From: Candidatus Poribacteria bacterium
GTDB lineage: Bacteria; Poribacteria; WGA-4E; PCPOR2b
Length of the DNA: 64,000 nt
Reading direction: 5' to 3'
NCBI GenBank assembly: GCA_965218095.1
Contig: OZ244587.1
Location: 3,168,001 to 3,232,000 of the forward strand
Shown: positions 10,249-21,784 of the stretch, piece by piece
Layout of the letters: the number at the start of each line of letters is the position of its first letter
How positions within the stretch are numbered: position 1 is the first letter of the stretch
Position numbers and translations under genes: made by a program
The notes under the pieces: model-generated
What the model saw: the letters and a program-made list of their open reading frames with translations, nothing else
Told to the model about the DNA's origin: nothing
The model's database searches: none

Positions 10249-10698
10249 ATGAAAAAATATCTGGCAGTTTGGCTGGTACTTGGGTTAATTGTGTCAGGAA
10301 ATAGTCTATCTTCATGTCAAACAAGGCGAAAGAGAAAAGCCGAAGATTCAAAGACCACCTTAACTTGCGTCGGGCAAAAAGTCCCTCCATTTCAAGTAAC
10401 AGCATTAGATGGAAGGCCCATCAATATCACAGATCTAAAGGGCAAGATTGTCCTGCTTAATTTCTTTACGACAAGGTGTGGCGCCTGCATCACGGAAGTG
10501 CCGCATCTTGAGGAAGATATTTGGCAAAAATTCAAATCAGAAGAATTCATGATAATTGCGATTGGAAGAGCGCATTCTGAGCCCGAACTCGTTGCTTTTA
10601 AGGAAAAGCACAGACTTACATTTTCACTGGCCTCAGACCCAAACCGTCAGGTATTAAGTGTGAAATGGCGCATGAACCGGACTGGATGGGAAGTCTAA
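10249..10698 (+). CDS. TlpA/redoxin-family protein, probably C-terminally truncated
   Basis: LKGKIVLLNFFTTRCGACITEVPHL (CxxC); diverges after DPNRQV. Confidence 0.65.
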   Translation: MKKYLAVWLVLGLIVSGNSLSSCQTRRKRKAEDSKTTLTCVGQKVPPFQVTALDGRPINITDLKGKIVLLNFFTTRCGACITEVPHLEEDIWQKFKSEEFMIIAIGRAHSEPELVAFKEKHRLTFSLASDPNRQVLSVKWRMNRTGWEV

Positions 10699-11065
10699 GC
10701 AGTCACGTCCGACTACGATGATATGGTAAGTGAAGCAAACAGACTGTCAGAAGCGTCGCAAAATGGAATACAGGCACCCCATCTGATACCTCTGATTATG
10801 TTGGACGATGATACTCGCACGTTGCCACCGTGTGTGGAACATATCAGCATCGGCGTATAGGTCTGTACCTAAGTCATTTGAATAGATTGATTTCATTCAA
10901 TGCTTTACGATCAACGAATCCGTTATTACTCCCTTTAAAGAAACATCGAATTCCATCGCTTATCTTGGTGGTAGTTCTTTTAAGTCCTATTTCAAATGGA
11001 TCGAGGATCGAAGCGGTGATCCGCGTTATTACCAGACAAACGGATAGAATTGCCGCAGCCAACGT

Positions 11066-11791
11066 TCAAGCGTAATCTTCGGCGTTGTCCTGGGGGGCAT
11101 AGCCCAGTTCTTCTCGCGCATTCTCAATGTCCCAGTACGCGCGCGTGTTATTTGAGATACCATAGTAGATGCCGAATTTCACTGACTCTGCCTCGACGCT
11201 CCGCTGGACCAACTGTACGGTATCTCGGTAACTCAACCAGGTGGAGAGGATGCGGTCGCTCTGCCGATTTTTCACCGATTCCACCGGCTGAAAAGATCCG
11301 ATCCGCAGGCAAATCACCGACAGCCTGAACTCATCGACATAGTATCTGCCCAGCGCCTCGCCGTAGGCTTTACTGGCACCGTAATGGCTATCGGGGCGCA
11401 CTGGCATTTCAGGGGTTGTGTAGACGCCCTCCTGTTCGTAGAAGCCGGTGACATGGTTGGTACTGGCAAAGATGACTTGAGGTGTGCCGGCTCGCCGAGT
11501 CGCTTCGTAGATGCAGTAGGTGCCTTGGATATTATTCTCCAACACGGACTCAAATGTTGCACTGACCTCCGGATCCCCGGCCATGTGGATGACCGAATCC
11601 ACCCCATCTACGACCTCCACCATTCGGTCGAGATCGGTGATGCCGGCTATGTAGACTTCTTCTCCAGGTTCAGCCGGGGGCACAGTCCTGTGGTAGAGGA
11701 GCCGCAGATCGTAGTCGTCTTTCAGCCCGTCTCGTAGGACCCGTCCGATTCGGCCCGCCGCGCCGGTGATAAGTACTTTTTTCCGTTTCAT
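11066..11791 (-). CDS. NAD-dependent epimerase / uronate dehydrogenase-like
   Basis: TGAAGRIG, FASTNH, YGASK, LRIGS. Confidence 0.85.
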   Translation of the reverse strand: MKRKKVLITGAAGRIGRVLRDGLKDDYDLRLLYHRTVPPAEPGEEVYIAGITDLDRMVEVVDGVDSVIHMAGDPEVSATFESVLENNIQGTYCIYEATRRAGTPQVIFASTNHVTGFYEQEGVYTTPEMPVRPDSHYGASKAYGEALGRYYVDEFRLSVICLRIGSFQPVESVKNRQSDRILSTWLSYRDTVQLVQRSVEAESVKFGIYYGISNNTRAYWDIENAREELGYAPQDNAEDYA

Positions 11792-11941
11792 ATCCCTTTC
11801 CCCTATGGTTTGTGATTGAGTTTATTGATATTACGGGTCATCTAATAATGGGAGCTACTGAGCAAAAAAGCAGGTGAAAACTGAAAAGCCCAATCATTTT
11901 TGACGCTAACGGCGCACTGACCATCCCCAATTCATATCTCC

Positions 11942-13174
11942 CTAATTCCAATCTACTGGCGATGTCAATTGCCCCAACAGCGTCCGGCGAATCCAATCCA
12001 GTCCCTGGATGGTCAGCCACCGGCGAATATAGTCGGTATCCTGATAATTGCGACTCCGCTCGAATAAACGATTTTCACCCGGTCCAATCAGGGCAATGAA
12101 GGTCGAACTATCTTCAAATGGGCCGAGCATCGCAAAACCCAGACCACCGGCCGGGGTCACGCTTTCAGCCAGAGAGGTGGCCAACGTGCGGGCATCCGCA
12201 TCCTGTAAATCGGGGCGCGAGTCAAGACCGGCAGCTTTCAACGCATCGGCTACGTTGGCCGGAGACAAGTGAATTGTAATCAAATCGCCAAATCCCGCTT
12301 CAATCAGATCGCGCGTCAATTGGCCACCGGTGAACGTATCAATTACGCCTAGTTTGAGTTCCTGTTCAACTAACAAGCCGCCCACAACCTCCGGCGCCGT
12401 TTCCTTCTCCACGCCATAAATAGCGACGCCCAACCGCTCTCGGAGTTTGGCTTCCATTGGGGAGATCAGTGCGTCCGCCGCAGCCTCGGTGTCCGCCTTG
12501 GCCACAATTCGCACGTCGGTCTGACCGACATGCGCCGCCAACCCGACCGTCGGGTTTTCCGCGGTCATCAAGTCGCCGATTCCCCGGTCAACGTTACTCT
12601 CGCCCACCGCACATGTGCGCAAGATGCGGACTTTCGTGACCTTGACCCCGCCCACGCGTTCCACAAGCAGAGGGATGACCGTATGCTCAAGCATATATTC
12701 AAGCTCCCGCGGAACGCCCGGCAGAGAAATGATAAAGCCGCGTCCGCGCAGATCTTCACTCAAAAAGCAAGGCGCCGTACCCACAGGGTTAGCCAGCGGC
12801 AATGCACCCTCGGGAATATAAGCCTGGCGCTTGTTATTTTCAGCCATCTTCCGCCCAAACAGGCGAAAACGGTCGGCGATTTGCGCTTCGAGTTCTGTGC
12901 TGTAAACGAGTTGCCGCCCCGTCGCGTTGGCAGCGGCCTGGCGCGTGATATCATCCACCGTCGGGCCGATTCCGCCGGAGGTAATGACGACATCCGAACG
13001 GTCCAGAGCCAGATTGAGGACCTCGGTGATGCGGGTTTCGTTATCGCCGACGGTGGTTTTGTAATACAGGTCCAGCCCGATATCGCGGAGTGCGCGCGCC
13101 AGTTTGTTGGCATTGGTATCAACGATCTCCCCAAGGAGGAGTTCGGTTCCAATCATTACGATTTCTGCGTGCAT
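11942..13174 (-). CDS. cinA: CinA-family competence/damage-inducible protein
   Basis: IGTELLLGEIVDTN, GGIGPTVDDIT, NPVGTAP, LPGVPRE. Confidence 0.9.
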   Translation of the reverse strand: MHAEIVMIGTELLLGEIVDTNANKLARALRDIGLDLYYKTTVGDNETRITEVLNLALDRSDVVITSGGIGPTVDDITRQAAANATGRQLVYSTELEAQIADRFRLFGRKMAENNKRQAYIPEGALPLANPVGTAPCFLSEDLRGRGFIISLPGVPRELEYMLEHTVIPLLVERVGGVKVTKVRILRTCAVGESNVDRGIGDLMTAENPTVGLAAHVGQTDVRIVAKADTEAAADALISPMEAKLRERLGVAIYGVEKETAPEVVGGLLVEQELKLGVIDTFTGGQLTRDLIEAGFGDLITIHLSPANVADALKAAGLDSRPDLQDADARTLATSLAESVTPAGGLGFAMLGPFEDSSTFIALIGPGENRLFERSRNYQDTDYIRRWLTIQGLDWIRRTLLGQLTSPVDWN

Positions 13175-13784
13175 GACATGCCTTTTGAGTTGGGATGGTG
13201 GTTTGAAGTGAGGAGCAATTCCCGACGGTAAATTGTGCCGTTGATTGCCCCCAATTTACGGGGAATTGATGTTTCCAATCAGGTATAGATTGGGAGCATA
13301 TTATCGCACAATTTGAAAAAAAAGGGAATTCAAAAATATCGAATCGCTGCGCAAGCGGATTTTTTCCGCAAAAATGATACGTGTTGACATGCTGAACCTG
13401 AAATGGCTGACACACATAGACTCAACCCAAATCACCCTGAATCCGTCTCTGTGATGTCGGCAGTGAAAACTGGGTGCGTCTCTCCGACTTCAAAGGACAA
13501 CAACCGAGAGCGCTGATCTTCGGGAGTTTCACCTGACACCCATTCGTCAGAGAGCCTGTGAGTCTCCGTGACTTATACTTCACTATCTCCCCGGTCGGTC
13601 TTAAACCGTAGTAGCGATTTTAGTCGCATCTGGTCGGTGGAAGCTGGGGATTCGTTATTCAACGTGCGCTTGAGGCGGGGACGCGCTATATCTGGGCGCG
13701 TCCTGAAGAAGTTGCTCACAACGAACTATTGCAGCATAAGCGCCTTTATCTCAACCCTCCCTTTTTTGTGATCCGTTGCATCGG

Positions 13785-14596
13785 TTTATTTCATCGCATG
13801 GACGGGTGTTGCGTATCTGTTGAACCGGTAGTCTCTGAAGCAAGATGAGACAGGCGATCCGGCCCTCACCCTCCGTCTAAAACTGCTCAGCGGGCTCGGG
13901 TTAGGGCTCTACGGCGCGACCGTTACGCTGGCTTCGGTTGACTGGGTGATGTCCCTTGAGCCGCACTGGTTTTCGACAGTTTATGGCGTGATGTTTATGG
14001 TTGGCAGCGTATTAACCACCTTCGCGTTCATGATTGTTGCGTTGGCATACCTCGCTCATCGTAAACCGCTGGTCGATATCGTTGCGCCGCAGCATTTCCA
14101 TGACCTCGGTAACCTCGTGCTTGCCTTTGTAATGTTGTGGGTGTACATCGCCTTCTCTCAATACCTGATTATCTGGTCTGGCAACCTGCCAGAGGAGATC
14201 CATTGGTATCTCCACCGAACAGGCGACGGTTGGAAAGCGGTTATCGTGATATTAATGATCTTTCATTTCCTCCTGCCTTTCCTGATATTGTTATCGCGTA
14301 GAACAAAGCGTCGGGTGGGAATGGTTTCAACACTCGCAGGAGCGATGATTTTCATGCGGCTGGTCGATCTCTTCTGGATAGTTGCTCCCGCATTCCATCG
14401 TGGGCATTTCTATATTCATTGGCTCGATTTCGTCATTCCCATCGGGATGGGCGAAATTTGGATCGGGGTGTTTGTCTGGCAACTGCAAAAAAGACCTTTG
14501 CTGCCGCTTCATGATCCACGTTTAGCGGAAATACTCAGCCGTCAACAGGTTGAACGAAGTGAAATCCCGCGCAGTGGGGAGGCTCACAATGTCTAA
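13785..14596 (+). pseudogene. Alternative complex III ActF-like membrane subunit, 5'-truncated with in-frame TAG at 13829
   Basis: DWVMSLEPHWFST, HDLGNL, FSQYLIIWSGNLPEE; upstream frame reads LLNR*SLKQDETGD. Confidence 0.75.
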
Positions 14597-14950
14597 CTCC
14601 AATTGAAGCGAATCTTACGAACACCGGGACGTGAACCTGAAATCTATCCTGAGCTTTGGAATCGGATTGATCGCTCTTACTGTTGTCGTGCTCCTGTTGA
14701 TGTGGTTGATGTTTAATGCCTTCGCGACCCGTGAAGCTCAGTTAGATCGGCCCCCTTCTCCGTTGGCGGATACGCGGCGCCTGACACCTGAACCGCGGTT
14801 GCAAGTCAATCCTATTCAGGATTTGAAGGAATTACGCGCCCGCGAAGGTGTGCTGTTGAACAGTTACGGTTGGGTGAATAAAGATGCTGGCGTCGTCCGC
14901 ATCCCAATCGAATCGCGCCATGGAGTTATTGGCGGAGGGAGGTCTGCCAG
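14589..14950 (+). pseudogene. ActG-like small membrane protein, disrupted
   Basis: PEPRLQVNP…LNSYGWVNKDAGVVRIPI; early stop and frameshift. Confidence 0.55.
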
Positions 14951-15089
14951 TCAGGGGAGGCAGAGACAAGGAAACTGGCGGACAGGGAGAAGACGGGATG
15001 GGAAATTGAGAGCAGAAGGAAAGGAAGGAAGGGAAGAATGGAAGGACGTTCAGCGGCAGAGCGATTGTTACATAATACGCAATATCTTT

Positions 15090-15887
15090 CACGTTTTACT
15101 CTTTTTCTCGTTTTCTGGAACTACTTCAGCACAGGAATTCAGCGCCAGCGTCCAACCAGCGATATTCCGCGAAATCGGTATTGATCAGGATTGAACGAAC
15201 AGGCGCCGCTGGATTTGGTATTTCGAGATGAAACCGGAAAATTGGTTTCAGCTTGACGACTACTTCGGCGAAAAACCGGTCATCCTATCGCTGGTCTACT
15301 ACGAATGTCCGATGCTCTGCACCCTTGTACTGAACGGATTTCTCAGGAGTCTCCGAGCGTTAGCCTTTGATGTCGGCGATCAATTCAAGGTAGTGACGGT
15401 GAGCATAGATCCAGAAGAAACACCTGCATTGGCTGCGGCAAAGAAGACGGAATACATGAAGCAATATGGGCGAGAGGGTGCAAAAAAAGGGTGGCATTTT
15501 CTCACCGGTAAGCAGAACGGAATTCAGGACTTGGCTAAGGCTGTCGGATTTCTTTACCGGTACGAACCACATCGGGATGAATATATCCTCACGCCAGCGG
15601 GATTATGGTTTTAACCCCACAGGGAAAGTTAGCACGCTACTTCTACGGGCTCGAGTATTCGCCTCGGGATCTGCGCCTCGCTTTGGTCGAAGCCTCCGCG
15701 AACAAAATCGGTTCTCCGGTTGCAACTGCTACTTTACTGCTACCACTATGACCCAATCACCGGTAAGTATGGACTTCTCATTATGAACTTCATACGGCTG
15801 GGAGGTCTTGCAACCGTCCTCGCTTTGGGGATTTTCATGATCGTGATGTTTCGGCGAGATCGACGGCGGAAGTTGACACATCAGTAG
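15090..15887 (+). pseudogene. SCO1/SenC protein with several frameshifts
   Basis: EIGIDQ…, KPVILSLVYYECPMLC, GWHFLTG, later frames [12 protein letters not shown]. Confidence 0.8.
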
Positions 15888-15931
15888 ATGGATTGATCAT
15901 GAAAGCAGGTCAAGAAGGCGTGGGAGTTGAC

Positions 15932-16900
15932 ATGAAACATCTACTTTTTCTGATGAGCTGTTTATTGATCGCTTCTGTGTGTTTCGCTCTAGATTTCAAA
16001 CCACCGGGACCGGCTGAAAGGCAAAGGGCTGTTGGAAACACGACAGCACTCCCAAAAACTTTACAACGCGCGCTTATCCCCACTACTGACTTCCAGCCGA
16101 TACTGATGCCGCAACCCGGCGACTGGCTGGAATCGCACGCAGAAACAGGTCAGACCTTTGACGATTTTGTCAATTCAAAACCGAACCATCCAACCCGTCA
16201 TCGGAACACGATTTACTTGCAACCCCTTGAGGAATTTCCAAAGGAGAAAAGCTCTTCAGTGGAACGGCTTCAGGCGTACACTGCCGCATACTTTGCGATG
16301 GAAGTGGCGCTGCTTCCACCTCTGAAGCTCAGTGGGCATCACCTGACGACACGCATCAATGCTTGCACAGGCAATCGGCAAATTCTAACCGGTGATGTCT
16401 TAGCGCTCCTGAAAAAGAGACTCCCATCCGATGCCTTCTGCCTGTTGGCGATCACCATGGAAGACCTTTATCCGCATCCGTTATGGAACTTTGTCTTTGG
16501 TCAAGCCTCGCTGCGCGAGCGTGTCGGGGTCTTCAGCTTTGCCCGATATCATCCCGCGTTTTATGGGGAAGAAGGTACAACGACGAATCAGAAGCTCATC
16601 CTCCGAAGAAGCTGTAAAGTGCTGGTTCATGAAACTGCTCACATGTTCGGCTTGAAGCATTGCATCTTCTTTCATTGTATAATCAATGGCTCGAATCATT
16701 TACAAGAAAGTGATACCCGTCCCCTGCACCTTTGCCCGGTTTGCCTGCGTAAGCTACAAGAAAGCATTGGATTTGATGTAGTTTCGCGTTATCAAGAGCT
16801 GCTTCGTTTTTACGAAAAAGTCGGCTTTGCCCTTGAAGCACGATGGGTTGCCAATCGCTTGAAATGGATTTTAGGGAACCCCCAGGCAAGGCAAAAGTAA
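15932..16900 (+). CDS. Archaemetzincin (peptidase M54) with signal peptide
   Basis: HETAHMFGLKHC…CIINGSNH…LCPVCLRKL; WNFVFGQAS. Confidence 0.9.
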   Translation: MKHLLFLMSCLLIASVCFALDFKPPGPAERQRAVGNTTALPKTLQRALIPTTDFQPILMPQPGDWLESHAETGQTFDDFVNSKPNHPTRHRNTIYLQPLEEFPKEKSSSVERLQAYTAAYFAMEVALLPPLKLSGHHLTTRINACTGNRQILTGDVLALLKKRLPSDAFCLLAITMEDLYPHPLWNFVFGQASLRERVGVFSFARYHPAFYGEEGTTTNQKLILRRSCKVLVHETAHMFGLKHCIFFHCIINGSNHLQESDTRPLHLCPVCLRKLQESIGFDVVSRYQELLRFYEKVGFALEARWVANRLKWILGNPQARQK

Positions 16901-16978
16901 TCAAACGTGAACCATTTACGATTCAAATGCTTGATGCTTCTTTTGATGAGCGATACGTTGAAATCGATTGGGAACCAA

Positions 16979-17620
16979 TCACAACTCTCTCCCTGTTTCG
17001 TACAGCACTGCAATCAGGCGTTTGGGGCCGTGAACACCGAGCACCAGCGTAAACTCAATATCCGCCGATTTGCTGGGGCCACTGATGAGGGTAAGGTTGG
17101 CGGGCATCTTCCCGGTGCGTGCGGCTGTCCAGGTAAAAATATCCGGCATCAGGCAAGCAGCCGGAACCAGCGCCACATGCACCGGTGGAAGTAGTGTTGC
17201 CTGCCGACTCTTTCCCGGTCCACTGTAGACGACCAGACTGCCCGTCTCCGCCAGCGCTGCTTCGACGCCACTCAGACCGACATCGGCTCGCACACAAAAT
17301 TCGCGTAAATCCCCTGGCGTCTGTCCCACAATATGCCACTCACAGTTGGGCCAACGCCGTGTCAACCCCACGGTATTCAGCGGCGGCTCATCATTAGCAA
17401 CTATCGCTGTCGCCCCCACTTCACGCAAGATCGCCTCCACTTCTGCCAGGGCCGATTCTAAACTCTCTACCCGGAGCACTTCCCCCTTCGCCGCCGCCAA
17501 CGATTCGGTAAAACGCGCCGCGAGATCAGGGTACTCACGTTGAGATCGCCACGCTGACGACAAAGTTTCCTTTCGCGCCTTGCCCCGCAAACGATTCAGA
17601 ATTTCTGCTCGTGCCTTCAC
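16979..17620 (-). CDS. lutC: Lactate utilization protein C (LUD domain)
   Basis: AETGSL, LLPPVH, ISGPSKSADIE…GVHGP. Confidence 0.9.
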   Translation of the reverse strand: MKARAEILNRLRGKARKETLSSAWRSQREYPDLAARFTESLAAAKGEVLRVESLESALAEVEAILREVGATAIVANDEPPLNTVGLTRRWPNCEWHIVGQTPGDLREFCVRADVGLSGVEAALAETGSLVVYSGPGKSRQATLLPPVHVALVPAACLMPDIFTWTAARTGKMPANLTLISGPSKSADIEFTLVLGVHGPKRLIAVLYETGREL

Positions 17621-19029
17621 CGCTTCTCCTCCAATTCGCCAGATTTCCACATGTCCCGAAAGGAGCGTTTTGCCAGGGCAGGCAGTTGACGCTCAAGGAC
17701 GGGGTTAAGCCGAGACGGGAGATTCAGCGCCCCATCGCGGACAAATGGGCGCTGCGCCAGCCGGACTGCCCCGGTCATGAAGCGCATCAATTTCTCATGT
17801 CCCAACACAAACGCCCCTGCTTCTTCCACCTTTCGTTCTCGCCAGGGCGCTACCCCTTCGGTCACCTCATCTGTGCGGAGCTCAAGCAGCATTCGCGGCA
17901 AATCAATCCGCACCGGGCACACGTCCTTACAGGCGCCACAGAGCGAACTGGCATGCGGCAGTGCTTCATAATCTTCCAATCCAAACAATAATGGCGTCAC
18001 CACTGCCCCGATGGGGCCGCAGTAGGGACTGCCATACGCATGACCGCCCGCCTCGCGATACACCGGACACACATTCAGACAAGCCCCGCAGCGAATACAT
18101 TGCAGTGCCTCCTCATACTTCGTTCCCACTAGTTGACTGCGGCCATTATCCAACAAAACAATATGCATCTCCTGCGGTCCGTCGGGGTCATCGGCGCGGG
18201 CGGGACCGGTGATAATGCTGGTGTAAATCGAAAGCGGTTGTCCCGCCGCACTTCGCGCCAACAACGACAGCCAAACAGCGGCGTCATCCCATGTCGGCGT
18301 AATTTTTTCAATCCCAATGACAGCGACATGTACCGGTGGCACAGAGGTGACCAAACGACCGTTGCCCTCATTCGTCACTAGTACCACACTGCCGGTCTCT
18401 GCGACCGCGATATTACCACCGGAAATCCCCATCCCGGCTGCCAAAAAACGCTCACGCAATATCCGCCGTGCCTCGGCGGTGAGGGCAGAGAGGTCGTCTG
18501 GGGACAGCGGGCGTCCCGCTTCTCGGCTCAACAATGCTGCCACCTGCTGCCGTGTTTTGTGAATAGCAGGCGCGATAATGTGCGAAGGTGTCTCCGAAGC
18601 CAGTTGAACGAGAAAATCCCCCAAATCGGTCTCCACCGGCGTCACACCAGCTGCCTCCAGCGCCTGATTTAGATGAATCTCCTCCGTTGCCATTGACTTC
18701 CCCTTCGTCGCCAGCGAAGCCTCATGCTGGCGGGCAATCTCGACGACAATCTCACAGGCTTCCACCCCATCCCGCGCCCAATGCACCTTCGCACCCGCTG
18801 CAAGGGCATTCCGCTCAAACGTCTCCAAATGGTGCGCCAATTGCCCCAGGGTAGCTGATCGAATCGCCTTAAAATAATCGCGGAGGTTTTCCGCGTCCGG
18901 GAGTTCCGCCAAAGCACGGTTTCGTGCCGTCCGGAAGTTGCCTGTCGCGGTATCCAGCGCCTCTTGCAAACGACTATCCTCAATGGCAATTTTTGCCCGC
19001 CGGCGAAACTGGGAAAAGGTCCTCGTCAT
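17617..19029 (-). CDS. lutB: Lactate utilization Fe-S protein B
   Basis: ETDLG, PSHIIAPAIH, CIRCGACLNVCP, SSLCGACKDVCP. Confidence 0.95.
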   Translation of the reverse strand: MTRTFSQFRRRAKIAIEDSRLQEALDTATGNFRTARNRALAELPDAENLRDYFKAIRSATLGQLAHHLETFERNALAAGAKVHWARDGVEACEIVVEIARQHEASLATKGKSMATEEIHLNQALEAAGVTPVETDLGDFLVQLASETPSHIIAPAIHKTRQQVAALLSREAGRPLSPDDLSALTAEARRILRERFLAAGMGISGGNIAVAETGSVVLVTNEGNGRLVTSVPPVHVAVIGIEKITPTWDDAAVWLSLLARSAAGQPLSIYTSIITGPARADDPDGPQEMHIVLLDNGRSQLVGTKYEEALQCIRCGACLNVCPVYREAGGHAYGSPYCGPIGAVVTPLLFGLEDYEALPHASSLCGACKDVCPVRIDLPRMLLELRTDEVTEGVAPWRERKVEEAGAFVLGHEKLMRFMTGAVRLAQRPFVRDGALNLPSRLNPVLERQLPALAKRSFRDMWKSGELEEKR

Positions 19030-19757
19030 CGTGTCATCTCCTCCAGCACTGTGGCGATATGTTCGACCCGTACTGAACTCCCAGCCGCCAACCCTCGCAT
19101 TTGCGTCAGACAACCCGGGTCGGCGGTGACCAACACATCGGCATCAGTATCCCCCGCTTGACGGAGTTTTTCGGCGGTCATGGCGTTAGAAATCTCCGGC
19201 ATCCGCACCGAAAACAGCCCGCCAAAGCCGCAGCATCGGTCGGATTCCGTCATTTCGCACACCCGGCAGCCGGCTTTTTTCAGCAATTGACGTGGCTCCT
19301 TTTGCAAACCGAGCATGCGGCACATGTGGCAGGAATCATGGTAGGTGACATTGGAGACGGTGGAAACTAGGGTGGGTTCCCATTGGGCGTGATGTGTCAA
19401 AAACTGGCTCAACTCATACGTTTTGTCAGCCAGCTTTTGAGCGCGACGATGCCACTCTGGCCATGTTTCGAGCAAGTGGGGATACTCAACCCGAATCATC
19501 GCGGTGCAAGAGCCACTCGGCAAAACCACCGCCTCATACGCCTCAAAGATTTCCACGGTGCGTTTGGCTAAATCAACCGCCTCGCGTCGGAAACCACTAT
19601 TAAAAAGGGGCTGCCCGCAGCAGGTCTGCGCCGCTGGAAACTCCACTGTGTATCCCGCCCGCCGCAGCAGTTGCACGGTTGCGACCCCTACTTCTGGCAG
19701 TACTATATCCACCAGACAGGTCACGCATAAAGCCACCTGTTTCGATTGCGTCATCAT
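19026..19757 (-). CDS. lutA: Lactate utilization protein A (CCG domains)
   Basis: QTCCGQP, TYHDSCH, CCGFGG. Confidence 0.95.
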   Translation of the reverse strand: MMTQSKQVALCVTCLVDIVLPEVGVATVQLLRRAGYTVEFPAAQTCCGQPLFNSGFRREAVDLAKRTVEIFEAYEAVVLPSGSCTAMIRVEYPHLLETWPEWHRRAQKLADKTYELSQFLTHHAQWEPTLVSTVSNVTYHDSCHMCRMLGLQKEPRQLLKKAGCRVCEMTESDRCCGFGGLFSVRMPEISNAMTAEKLRQAGDTDADVLVTADPGCLTQMRGLAAGSSVRVEHIATVLEEMTR

Positions 19758-20290
19758 CTATACCTCTCTTCCAGCGCGTTTGTATGACCCCATTTTTATA
19801 TCACGGCTTCAATTTCGCGTCAACAGAAAATTTCAATATCTACAAATTCTCTGCTCGATCGGGATTGGCAAATCCCGTTGGATTTAAAACAAAACTGGTA
19901 TTTGCCCCATAACTATCACCATCACCCGATTGCAACCTTCGCGGCCCTGTTGATTCAGTTCTTGGTTTATAATTTGTATTACGCCTATGTCTTTGTTCAA
20001 ATGAAGACCGACCGCCTGTATGATTTAACGCTAAAGGAGGTGATCGATGAATTGTGCCTCAGCTTTTGGCAGCAGCGTCAATGGCTGCCCAAACATGCGT
20101 TTGGTTGACTTATCTGGTCGCTTTTGGGTGATGGAGAGAGCCGGGTTTAAATCATAACTCATTTTCGCAGTCGTGAACCCCACGAAGGCTAATAGGAGTG
20201 TGTCTGCTGTCCGGCGCGGAAAAAGAGGTGGATTTTTCTGTCCGCACGCGGGAGATTTTCCCCCTCAATTGAGAATTGCTATTCGCGGTG

Positions 20291-20532
20291 TACAAATTCC
20301 CCACGCATGGGTTCAATCGAGTTTACCGAGGGGCTGACCCAGAAAAAACAGGTACAGACAGACTTCGAGTATGAGTCGTCGGCGAATGCTCACGGGTTTG
20401 CCGACGACTGAGTAGAGCTACCTCCTTTCGATTGGTAGTTTTGGGGTGAATGTATCGCCGAATCATTTCATCGCAAAGTTTACGACCGATAACACCGAAA
20501 TTCAACCTGTTTTTTCTCGTGGGGAATTTCTA
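20291..20532. mobile_element. 242-bp MITE derived from the IS type at 53899-57121
   Basis: IR TACAAATTCCCCACG/CGTGGGGAATTTCTA; 9-bp TSD TTCGCGGTG/TTCTCGGTG; both halves near-identical to the ends of the large IS. Confidence 0.9.
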
Positions 20533-20902
20533 TTCTCGGTGCTTTCTTGTTTACAGGTTTGGCAGAATCTGATATAATACCAATTCTGAATAATAACTGC
20601 GCATTAGCTTCGGAAGGAAAGGAAGAAGGGAAGCAAACCCATCCTTCCGTCCTTCCCTCCCTTCCACTATAATGAGACATTTTCATTCAGAAACGGTATA
20701 ATGTGCCGTATAGGTGTGCCTTTAGGATTGATACTGTCAGTAGTTGGGAAATGAGACGATTGTGTTCGGAACGCGGCATGCCAGCCAGAATAGTTTCGTC
20801 TGAAGAGGGGGTGAGTATGTGAAGGTCATTCTTTCTCGCTCCCACGCCCCCTCGCTTTCTCGCTCCCATCCATCGGAGCCGCAATCGTCAATCCGAGTTC
20901 GA

Positions 20903-21339
20903 ATGACAGCCTCCTCTCACGAAACGTATCAGAAACTACAGCAGAACATCGAATTGGTCATGAAGGATCAGTTGGATGTCATCCGCAAGCTCCTGGCTGT
21001 GATGATCAACAGCGGACATGTACTGTTGGAAGATTATCCCGGCACTGGTAAGACGACACTGGCGAAAGCGTTAGCGACCTCGATTGGCAGTGCAGATTTC
21101 AAGCGCCTGCAGTTCACGCCGGATTTGCCGCCCTTGCCGGAGGCACAGATGGACCGTTTTGCCATGCGGCTAACGCTTATGTGTCTGCCGAAGATGAAGT
21201 CGGCATCCTGTCGGCGCAGGAACAGGCCCATCCACTTGAATCACTTACACCGTGTGTGACGTTGGCGGAAATTCAGGCATTAAAAAACGCAGCGAAATCG
21301 GTCCGCATCAGTGAGGAGTTAAAACATTACATTGAATAG
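20903..21339 (+). pseudogene. MoxR AAA ATPase with internal deletion and frameshift
   Basis: [14 protein letters not shown]…LQFTPDL joined directly to [10 protein letters not shown]. Confidence 0.8.
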
Positions 21340-21724
21340 GGATCAAGTTAAGGACTGAAATACGCTGATTTCGCGGATTGACGTGGATTTCTTATTCCGT
21401 TGTCTTCGACAGCCAATGTCCGAATCCGTGTCTAACAAGGATCTGCAATTTATTGTTCGAGCCCAATCGGGAGCGGTACAGCACCAATTTCCGTTAAATT
21501 GATCCCTATGGGGTAGGTTTCTGCGAATAGAACCTGCTGTTGAACAACAACCTCGTAGCTTTAGGGCCGCTAGGCGTGACATGTTTAATGAAATCACCAA
21601 TCTTAAAATGTAAACGAGAAACGCTTTGATGTGATCGGCACCCCGGTGATGGAACTGTTTATGCTGCTGTCAGGAGATTTTGTGCTTTCTCCAGATCTGG
21701 AAAAGGTAATCGAAGGCTGAACCC

Positions 21725-21756
21725 GGACCTGACAGGTTTCAAAAACCTGTCAGGTC
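21725..21756. repeat. REP-like palindrome
   Basis: GACCTGACAGGTTT CAA AAACCTGTCAGGTC. Confidence 0.6.
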
Positions 21757-21784
21757 TTCGGCAACAAAATATCAGAATGGTAAT

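Noticed and set aside
13440-13600. Glycine riboswitch-like words upstream of cinA
   Set aside because: Motif order and pairing do not fit the aptamer
20047-20157. 36-aa ORF after a perfect AAGGAGGTGA
   Set aside because: No motif or supporting context; lies among IS debris
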